From positions 1,215-65,214 of the forward strand of contig JAETRU010000012.1 in the NCBI GenBank assembly GCA_021769965.1: DNA of 64,000 nt. The letters are read 5' to 3'. The position numbers and the translations under genes are program-made. Source of the stretch: Eubacterium sp. (GTDB taxonomy: Bacteria; Bacillota; Clostridia; Peptostreptococcales; Anaerovoracaceae). Below, in pieces: positions 56,777-64,000 of this stretch; positions within the stretch are counted from its first letter, which is position 1; each line of letters begins with the position of its first letter. The notes under the pieces were generated by a model. The model was not told the origin of the DNA. It saw only the letters and a list, made by a program, of their open reading frames with translations, and made no database searches.

Positions 56777-57381
56777 ATGGCGCTTGAAAATAAATTAGGA
56801 CTGACAAGTTCCGCTGACCTTGCCCGTGAAGAAGAACGAATCAGTAAAAAAAGGCTGCGGAGCTTTTTGAAAATGGTATACTGGATCAGATCAAGCCCGG
56901 TAATTTTTCCGCACTTCAGGCAATTCACAGATATCTCTTTGATGAAATTTACAGGTTTGCCGGAGAGATCAGAACCGTGAATATCGCAAAGGGTAATTTC
57001 CGCTTTGCCCCGGTAATATATCTTGAGGCAGCGCTTGAAAATATTGATAAAATGCCGCAGTCAGACTTTGATGAGATCGTCGAGAAGTATGTGGAAATGA
57101 ATATTGCTCACCCGTTCCGCGAGGGTAACGGCCGCAGCACCCGCATCTGGCTGGATCACATCCTGAAAAGTAAAATCGGCAAGGTGGTGGATTGGAGTAG
57201 GGTAGATAAGGAAGATTATCTGCTCGCAATGGAGCGCAGCCCGATCAGGGATATTGAGATCAAATACCTGCTCAAAAACGCCTTGACCGATGACATCGAC
57301 AGCCGCGAAATCTATCTGAAGGGTATCGACCACAGTTACTACTATGAGGGCTATACAGCCTTTAAGACGGAAGAATTGTAA
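56777..57381 (+). pseudogene. fic: class III Fic AMPylase (NmFic-like), frameshifted in an A7 tract
   Basis: GGAGG RBS, MALENKLG start; one extra A at 56846-56852 restores [13 protein letters not shown]...; [12 protein letters not shown] and C-terminal SYYYEG. Confidence 0.85.
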
Positions 57382-57398
57382 AGAGTGTTTTTGTTAAA

Positions 57399-57478
57399 AT
57401 GATGGCTGAACTTTAAGATGTCAGTGTATCTGTGATAGATCATCACATAAAAAGATATTTGATGATGGGGATAGATTA
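57399..57478 (+). pseudogene. RhuM-family fragment
   Basis: MMAEL*DVSVSVIDHHIK then, after a frameshift, KIFDDG; resembles the RhuM N-terminal motif. Confidence 0.5.
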
Positions 57479-57649
57479 AAGTTTTCTTGCACGAATAACA
57501 AAACACACCTCTGTCCAAAGCAGGGTGTTCATATGACAGCTAACAGTCACAGTAATTTGCTCTGCTGTGGCTGTTCTTGAATCCTTTCCTGTTATGTAAT
57601 AGTATGAAGCCAAACAGACCTACAAATCGGAATTGATAGAGGTATTACA

Positions 57650-57844
57650 ATGTATCCAGTTAGTGAAATGTTTCACAAAAAATACTACGATATGTATGAT
57701 AAGATTGTAAAAGTAATCTTCAAAGATGGCTCAGAGCGTGTAGGCTTGTTCAATGATGAATTTTTTGAAGATAGTGCTATTTTAGTAAGTTGTGAAGTGA
57801 TTAAAATAGCAGATATTGAAAGAATGGAATTAGTAGAGGATTAA
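57650..57844 (+). CDS. small acidic AT-rich hypothetical protein (64 aa)
   Basis: GAGG RBS; beta-rich pattern; flanked by inverted 13-bp motifs. Confidence 0.65.
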   Translation: MYPVSEMFHKKYYDMYDKIVKVIFKDGSERVGLFNDEFFEDSAILVSCEVIKIADIERMELVED

Positions 57845-58014
57845 ATTCCAGTTTGTCGAACAGATAAGAATGCACTTCTATACACTGCTCGGCGTAGTGC
57901 ATAACAGGAAAATCCGACCTATGATTGCAGCCATGGGTCGGACTGTTTTGGGCGCTTTAGCTTGAGAAAAAATACCCCATCCAATCGGACGGGGCATTGA
58001 TTTATTTAGATTTT

Positions 58015-58515
58015 TTAAGCATTCTTCCCGCAGCACTTCTTATATTTCTTGCCGCTGCCGCAAGGACACGGGTCGTTTCTGCCAGGTTTCTTTTCTACAT
58101 GAACGATCTTGGAACGCTTGTAAGCTTTGACGATCGCGAGACGCTTTTCCTCGCTGAGTACGTCCTCCCATGCAGGGATCGTGAACAGATAGTCGGCTTC
58201 TGCCTTCAGCATGTTGAAGAAGAGCTTCTCAAAGTCGATATCCAGATCGATGGCAGTATCGTCTGTAACTGCTTCCAGATCGATCTCCGTGTTAAGACTG
58301 CTATTGATGCCGTCCAGGAAACCGACGAAGATCGTCTTACTGCATTCAAACTTTTCCACAAGCTCTGCGACGGTGCCGGTCATATGCTCAGCAGGGTTTT
58401 CCAGAATATGCGTGTAAAGCTTTGTCTCTGTAGCGGAATATTCCTTCCAGAAATCCTCAAAAGTCGCTTCGGTCTGATTGTTGATCAGTTCTTTCCAGTC
58501 TTGATATAAGCTCAT
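58015..58515 (-). CDS. SEC-C motif protein
   Basis: C-terminal [18 protein letters not shown]. Confidence 0.92.
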   Translation of the reverse strand: MSLYQDWKELINNQTEATFEDFWKEYSATETKLYTHILENPAEHMTGTVAELVEKFECSKTIFVGFLDGINSSLNTEIDLEAVTDDTAIDLDIDFEKLFFNMLKAEADYLFTIPAWEDVLSEEKRLAIVKAYKRSKIVHVEKKPGRNDPCPCGSGKKYKKCCGKNA

Positions 58516-58545
58516 AGTGTAAATTTCCTCCTAATTAACCCAGTA

Positions 58546-59511
58546 CTACAGTTCTTTGGCAATAGCCAGAATATCTCCGACGATAGCGCTGCCGGTAGGC
58601 AGGGCTCCGGCGCCTTTACCGTAGAACATGACCTCGTCTACAGCATTGCCGGTGACGTAAATGGCGTTGAATTCATTGGATACGCCGGCCAGAGGATGAG
58701 AATTTTCGATCTCCATCGGTTTAACACTGTATTCAACAGTATCGCCGGCCTTTTTAGCGCAGGCGATCAGCTTGATCCTGCAGTTCTTTGCCTTAGCCGC
58801 TTCGATGTCTTCCATAGTGATCTTGCTGATGCCTACGGTAGGGATCTCTGTCGGCGGCACGTATTTGTCAAAGCATAACGCCATGAGAATAGACAGCTTG
58901 TTGGCTACGTCGATACCTTCTACGTCGGCTGTCGGGTCTGCTTCTGCGAATCCTTTTGCCTGTGCGTCTTTCAGAACGTCGGCATAGTCAAGGCCCAGAT
59001 CAGTCATCTTTGTCAGAATGTAGTTTGTGGTGCCGTTGAGGATGCCCATGACCTCTGTGAACTCGTTGCCGGCCAGAGCTTCCTGGATCGCAGTCAGAGC
59101 AGGGATACCGCCGCCTACGCTGGCTTCAAAACGGAAAGACACACCGTGGTCGGCAGCAGTTTTCTGCAGCTTGTCGAAGTTTGCCGCGACGGCGGCTTTG
59201 TTCGGGGTGACTACGCTCTTGCCGTTTTCCATGGCAGTCAGCATGAAAGTGGTGGACGGTTCAATTCCTCCCAGAGATTCTACTACGATGTCGATCTCAG
59301 GATTTTTCAAAATATCATCAGGATCCTGTGTCGCGCACGACTCAGGCAGCCCAAGGGTCTTCAGTCTGTCCATATTCTTTTCCAGGACCCGCACGACTTT
59401 GATCTCTTTTCCGATTCTTTTCTCAATCAGTTCCTTGTTCATGTCCAGGATCTGGTAGGTTCCTCCGCCTACAGTACCCAGACCGAGTATTCCGATTTTT
59501 ACTGTTTTCAT
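58546..59511 (-). CDS. hom: homoserine dehydrogenase (no ACT domain)
   Basis: IGILGLGTVGGG, EASVGGGIP, GILNGTTNYIL, AEADPTADV, GKGAG. Confidence 0.93.
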   Translation of the reverse strand: MKTVKIGILGLGTVGGGTYQILDMNKELIEKRIGKEIKVVRVLEKNMDRLKTLGLPESCATQDPDDILKNPEIDIVVESLGGIEPSTTFMLTAMENGKSVVTPNKAAVAANFDKLQKTAADHGVSFRFEASVGGGIPALTAIQEALAGNEFTEVMGILNGTTNYILTKMTDLGLDYADVLKDAQAKGFAEADPTADVEGIDVANKLSILMALCFDKYVPPTEIPTVGISKITMEDIEAAKAKNCRIKLIACAKKAGDTVEYSVKPMEIENSHPLAGVSNEFNAIYVTGNAVDEVMFYGKGAGALPTGSAIVGDILAIAKEL

Positions 59512-59631
59512 AACAGCCTCCTTGTACAATTTTTACGCTAAAAAAATTATATACTAAAATTCGTTTTTTGTCTTTAAATTTTTGCAAAAAACCTTTATGA
59601 TGTTAGAGGAATTGTTTTTTAGGAGGAAAAA

Positions 59632-60102
59632 ATGTCACTGCATATTGTTTTTGTCGAACCTGAGATACCGCCTAATACAGGAAATATTGCCAGAACCTGT
59701 GCCGCGACGGACACCTGTCTGCATCTTGTGGAGCCTCTGGGATTTTCCATTGACGACAAGGCTGTCAGAAGAGCGGGGCTGGATTACTGGCCCTATGTGA
59801 AACTGGAGGTTCATCCGAGTCTGGAAGCTTTCATGGACAAATACGGAGATCGAAACATGTATCTGGCCACGACTAAAGGCGGAATGCTGTACACGGAACC
59901 CGCTTACCGGGATGAGGATATGTTCCTCTTCGGCAGAGAAACAGCCGGACTTCCGAAGGATTTCATTCAGGAGCATCAGGACAGGGCTATCCGTATTCCC
60001 ATGAGCGAGAGCACGCGGCTGCGTTCTTTCAATCTTTCTAATTCTGCGAACATCATCCTGTTTGAAGCGCTGAGACAATTAAACTTTCCGGGACTGAAAT
60101 AA
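59632..60102 (+). CDS. trmL: tRNA (cytidine/uridine(34)-2'-O)-methyltransferase
   Basis: PEIPPNTGNIAR, RRAGLDYW, FGRETAGLP, NLSN. Confidence 0.95.
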   Translation: MSLHIVFVEPEIPPNTGNIARTCAATDTCLHLVEPLGFSIDDKAVRRAGLDYWPYVKLEVHPSLEAFMDKYGDRNMYLATTKGGMLYTEPAYRDEDMFLFGRETAGLPKDFIQEHQDRAIRIPMSESTRLRSFNLSNSANIILFEALRQLNFPGLK

Positions 60103-60157
60103 GCGTTGAAATAAACCCTTGCAGTATGGTATACTATTTGCATAGGAGATGGGAAAC

Positions 60158-61519
60158 ATGAAACTAGGTTACGAGCTAACAATTGAACAGACCCAGAAGC
60201 TTTCTATGACGCCGGAGCTGATACAGGCCATCCAGATCCTGCAGTTTAATAATCAGGAACTGGTGGACTATGTACAGAACGAGCTGATGGAGAATCCTGT
60301 GCTGGAAGCAGAAAAGAGCTATGACGCTCAGGATGTGGACATCAGAGCCAAGATCAGGGAAGCAGATTATGAGGAGCAGAGTTTCCGTCAGTGGGAGTAT
60401 TCACCTGATGACGATGATGACTATACCTATGAACAGTATGCCTGGGAAGAGGATACGCTGACAGATTATCTGCTCAGCCAGCTGCAGTTTTCTTCCCTGA
60501 AGGATATCAAAGCCAAAATTGGCCGTTATATCATTGAGGCTATCGATGATAACGGCTATTTGACTGTGTCTGTAGAAGAGATCGCGGAAGCGCTTCACGT
60601 GGAGACGGATATCGTGGAGGAGACGCTTAACTTTATTCAGACGTTTGAGCCATCCGGCGTGGCGGCGAGAAATCTGCGGGAATGCCTGATCATCCAGCTG
60701 GCGGCAAAGGGTCTCCTTACCGATGAGATCGAATATATCATAGAAAATATGCTGCAGGATCTGGCGGATAACCGTATCGCTTTCATTGCCAAAACGCTGG
60801 GAATGAAGAATCAGGAGGTCCAGCAGATCGCGGACCTGATCCGTACACTGGAACCGAAGCCGGGCAGACTGTTCTCTTCCGGCGAGACGATCCGTTACGT
60901 GGTGCCGGATATCTTTGTTGAAAAGGTAAACGGCGAATATGTGGTCACCAATAATGATACCAGTGTGCCGAAGCTGATGGTCAGCTCGTATTACAATAAG
61001 CTGACGGCGGAAGCCGATAAGGATGAAGAACTGGACAAGTATCTGAATGACCGGTTCAACGCCGCGGTATGGCTGATACGCAGCATCGAGCAGCGCAAGC
61101 AGACCATCTTCAATGTTGCCAGTGCCGTGGTCAAATATCAGCAGGAGTTTTTTGACAAAGGAGAAAAGTTCCTGAAAACTTTGACGCTGAAGCAGATCGC
61201 CGACGAGATCGGTGTCCATGAGTCTACGGTCAGCCGGTCTATAAACGGAAAATATATGCAGAGCCCCCGGGGCGTCTTTGAGATGAAATATTTCTTCTCC
61301 AGCGGCGTGTCAGGCGGCGATGGGGAAGGCGTCTCGTCCAACAGCGTCAAATCCATCATCAAAGAGATCATCGCGGAGGAAGATCCGAGAAAACCTTACA
61401 GCGATCAGGATATGGTAGAGATCCTCAAAGAGAAGGGCATCGATATATCCCGCCGGACGGTGGCAAAATACAGAGAAGGTATGAATATACTGTCTTCTTC
61501 AAAACGAAGAAGATTCTAG
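60158..61519 (+). CDS. rpoN: RNA polymerase sigma-54 factor
   Basis: L.QAI.ILQ region I, HESTVSR HTH, RpoN box SRRTVAKYRE. Confidence 0.96.
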   Translation: MKLGYELTIEQTQKLSMTPELIQAIQILQFNNQELVDYVQNELMENPVLEAEKSYDAQDVDIRAKIREADYEEQSFRQWEYSPDDDDDYTYEQYAWEEDTLTDYLLSQLQFSSLKDIKAKIGRYIIEAIDDNGYLTVSVEEIAEALHVETDIVEETLNFIQTFEPSGVAARNLRECLIIQLAAKGLLTDEIEYIIENMLQDLADNRIAFIAKTLGMKNQEVQQIADLIRTLEPKPGRLFSSGETIRYVVPDIFVEKVNGEYVVTNNDTSVPKLMVSSYYNKLTAEADKDEELDKYLNDRFNAAVWLIRSIEQRKQTIFNVASAVVKYQQEFFDKGEKFLKTLTLKQIADEIGVHESTVSRSINGKYMQSPRGVFEMKYFFSSGVSGGDGEGVSSNSVKSIIKEIIAEEDPRKPYSDQDMVEILKEKGIDISRRTVAKYREGMNILSSSKRRRF

Positions 61520-61567
61520 TAAATATAATATAACTTTAATCCAAAAAAAGAGATATGGAGGTAAATT

Positions 61568-62587
61568 ATGGCAATTAAAGTTGGTATTAGCGGATTCGGA
61601 AGAATCGGAAGAGTGGTAATCAGAGCGGCAATGGATATGCCTGATATTGAGATCGCAGGCATCAACGTTCGTAACGCGGACATCGATTATCTGATCTACA
61701 TGTTGAAGTACGACACCACCTTTGGACGTTTTCCGAAGAGTCTGGAGAAGTATGAGGAAGGCATCGTTATCGACGGAAAAAAGGTTCCTGTATACAGTGA
61801 ATCCGAAGCAAAGAACATTCCGTGGAGCAGATGCGGAGCTGAATACATAGTTGAGGCTACTGGTGCCTATACTACTACAGAGAAAGCTATGGATCATATT
61901 AAAGCCGGAGCGAAGAAGGTCATCATCTCTGCGCCTGCAAAGGACAAGACGACCCCTACCTTCGTCTTTGGTGTCAACTCCGATGAATATACCAGCGATA
62001 TGCATGTTGTTTCCAACGCGTCCTGTACTACGAACTGTCTGGCGCCGCTGTGCAGAGTTCTGGAAGAGAACTTCGGTATCGAGCAGGGTCTCATGTCCAC
62101 GATCCATTCTGCTACAGCAAAGCAGAAGGTCGTAGACGCTCGTTCTATGAAGGACTGGAGAACCGGCAGAAGCGTATTCGGCAATGTGATTCCGTCTACC
62201 ACAGGAGCAGCCAAGGCGGTAGGTCTGGTTATTCCTTCTCTGGCAGGCAAGATGACAGGCATCTCCTACAGAGTGCCGACCGCAGACGTATCCGTGATCG
62301 ACCTGAACGTAGTTCTGAAGAAATCCGCATCCTATGACGCTATCTGCAGAGCTGTCAAGAAAGCATCCGAGACTTATCTCCACGGCGTTATCGAATATGT
62401 GGATGATGAAGTGGTCTCCGGTGATTTCGTAGGCGATCCGCATACTTCCATCTTTGATGCGAGAGAAGGTATCGAACTGAACGATAAGTTCTTTAAACTG
62501 ATCGCCTTCTATGACAACGAGTACGGTTATTCCAGCAAAACTCTGGAACTGATCCGTCATATGTACGAAGTTGACAATGCGAAATAG
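61568..62587 (+). CDS. gap: type I glyceraldehyde-3-phosphate dehydrogenase
   Basis: GFGRIGR, SNASCTTNCL, FYDNEYGYS. Confidence 0.96.
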   Translation: MAIKVGISGFGRIGRVVIRAAMDMPDIEIAGINVRNADIDYLIYMLKYDTTFGRFPKSLEKYEEGIVIDGKKVPVYSESEAKNIPWSRCGAEYIVEATGAYTTTEKAMDHIKAGAKKVIISAPAKDKTTPTFVFGVNSDEYTSDMHVVSNASCTTNCLAPLCRVLEENFGIEQGLMSTIHSATAKQKVVDARSMKDWRTGRSVFGNVIPSTTGAAKAVGLVIPSLAGKMTGISYRVPTADVSVIDLNVVLKKSASYDAICRAVKKASETYLHGVIEYVDDEVVSGDFVGDPHTSIFDAREGIELNDKFFKLIAFYDNEYGYSSKTLELIRHMYEVDNAK

Positions 62588-62661
62588 ACTTTGATTTTCA
62601 TGGGGAAATGCTGCGGCGCAGTGTTTCCCCATAGCTTATGACAATAAAGAGGTATACTACG

Positions 62662-63846
62662 ATGAAAAAAACAGTGAGAGATATTGATGTGAAGGGCAGA
62701 AGATGCCTGGTGCGCTGCGACTTTAACGTGCCGCAGAAGGACGGAAATATCACAGATGATAAACGTATCGTCAGCGCGCTGCCTACGATCGATTATTTGA
62801 GAGAGCATGGCGCGAAGATCATTTTGATGTCCCATCTGGGCAGACCAAAAGGTGAGCCGAAGATGGAATATACTCTGAAGCCGGTCGCGGACAGACTCTC
62901 TGAACTGCTGGGCACAGAAGTGAAGTTCCAGAGCTGCCCGACGGTGGTCTGCGATACCATAAGAGCTATGGCAGACAGCCTGCAGGACGGCGAAATCATG
63001 CTGCTTGAGAATGTCCGTTTCCGGAAGGAAGAGACAGAAAACGGCGCTGAATTCGCAAAAGAGCTGGCTTCTCTGGGAGACATCTTTGTGCAGGAGGCCT
63101 TCGGCACAGCTCATAGAGCCCACGCGTCCACAGCCGGTGTGGCAGATTATCTGCCGGCAGTTTCCGGATTTCTCATTGAGAAAGAAGTGAAATTCCTGGG
63201 AAGCGCTGTGGAGGATCCGCAGCGGCCGTTTATCGCTATCATGGGAGGCGCAAAAGTCGGCGATAAGATCCCTGTGATCGAAAATCTGCTGCAGAAGGTA
63301 GATACGCTGATCATTGGCGGCGGCATGGCATATACTTTCTTTAAAGCCATGGGCCTTGAGATCGGCACATCCATTCTAGATGAAGAGAATATCGGCCTTG
63401 CCGGAGAACTGCTGGCGAAAGCGGAAAAAGCAGGCGTTAAAATGCTGCTGCCTGTAGACGTGGTCTGCGCAGAACGTTTTGAAAACGACGCTCCGTCAAA
63501 GGTGGTCAGCAGGGAGAATATACCGGCAGATATGATGGGACTGGATATCGGACCTGCTACAGTAGAACTGTACAGAGAAGCGCTGCAGGAAGCAAAGACA
63601 GTGGTCTGGAACGGCCCGATGGGCGTTTTCGAGATGCCGTCCTTTGAAAAGGGAACCAAGGCTGTCGCGGAGATCCTGGCCGGCAGCGATGCTGTAACAG
63701 TTATCGGCGGAGGAGATTCTGCCGCGGCTACAGAGCAGTTCGGACTGGCAGATAAGATGACACACATTTCCACTGGCGGCGGCGCTTCGCTGGAGTTCCT
63801 GGAAGGCAAAGTCCTGCCGGGTATCGCGGTCATCGAAGACAAATGA
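62662..63846 (+). CDS. pgk: phosphoglycerate kinase
   Basis: [40 protein letters not shown]. Confidence 0.97.
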   Translation: MKKTVRDIDVKGRRCLVRCDFNVPQKDGNITDDKRIVSALPTIDYLREHGAKIILMSHLGRPKGEPKMEYTLKPVADRLSELLGTEVKFQSCPTVVCDTIRAMADSLQDGEIMLLENVRFRKEETENGAEFAKELASLGDIFVQEAFGTAHRAHASTAGVADYLPAVSGFLIEKEVKFLGSAVEDPQRPFIAIMGGAKVGDKIPVIENLLQKVDTLIIGGGMAYTFFKAMGLEIGTSILDEENIGLAGELLAKAEKAGVKMLLPVDVVCAERFENDAPSKVVSRENIPADMMGLDIGPATVELYREALQEAKTVVWNGPMGVFEMPSFEKGTKAVAEILAGSDAVTVIGGGDSAAATEQFGLADKMTHISTGGGASLEFLEGKVLPGIAVIEDK

Positions 63847-63875
63847 GAAGATAAGGATAGAAGGGAAGTATCGTA

Positions 63876-64000
63876 ATGAGAATACCGTTCATTTGCGGCA
63901 ATTGGAAGATGTATAAAACAAAGGAAGAAGCGGCGGCCTTTGCCGCCGCCTTCCGCAAACTGTACGAGGAAGCGGACACTGATATCAGGGCTGCCATCTG
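63876..64000 (+). CDS. tpiA: triosephosphate isomerase, 5' part only
   Basis: MRIPFICGNWKM after pgk. Confidence 0.9.
   Translation, partial: MRIPFICGNWKMYKTKEEAAAFAAAFRKLYEEADTDIRAAI

Noticed and set aside
56846-56854. Programmed -1 ribosomal frameshift in fic
   Set aside because: The zero frame reads AAA AAA AGG, not the canonical A_AAA_AAG register, and homologs of this family are normally continuous
58546-59511. ACT-less, stand-alone homoserine dehydrogenase
   Set aside because: Short forms are common; nothing else unusual in the sequence

Overview
Chromosomal window from a spore-forming clostridial Bacillota genome (spoIVA, rpoN, sigmaA-type promoters; an Anaerovoracaceae-like gut organism is inference only). 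The backbone contains miaB-NUDIX, a TetR/cation antiporter pair, a cobalt ECF transporter (cbiMNQO), three cobalamin riboswitches and a near-complete anaerobic corrin pathway (hemALBC, cobA-hemD, sirC-like, cbiK/L/H/F/G/D/J/ET/C/A/P/B, cobD, cobO). It continues with spoIVA, a divergent murT-gatD pair, clpB with a CIRCE box, ppx-ppk1, nth, hom, trmL and rpoN-gap-pgk-tpiA. The strongest candidate for an undescribed system is an AT-richer island at about 3.35-12.0 kb. There a tyrosine recombinase is followed by two inverted dif-like 11-6-11 sites (19-bp identical core) that enclose a sigmaA promoter currently pointing away from the downstream operon, consistent with an invertible ON/OFF switch assembled OFF. 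That operon encodes an SPFH-zinc ribbon protein, a membrane protein, a SIR2-like protein and a receptor-like Zn-ribbon/TPR/TIR/TM/DUF6273 protein, followed by a group IIC intron relic and an AbiE pair. Other notable signals: a B12-riboswitch-led gene made of four homing-endonuclease-associated-type repeats; a 763-bp integrase-less cassette between 22-bp direct repeats with a LexA-boxed LPD3-like gene and a candidate antisense sRNA; two copies, 40 kb apart, of a spacing-conserved four-unit inverted-repeat element; a TGACA-N23-TGTCA array before a frameshifted class III fic gene; and a GatD lacking its catalytic residues. All family assignments come from motif recognition by eye; no database searches were run.
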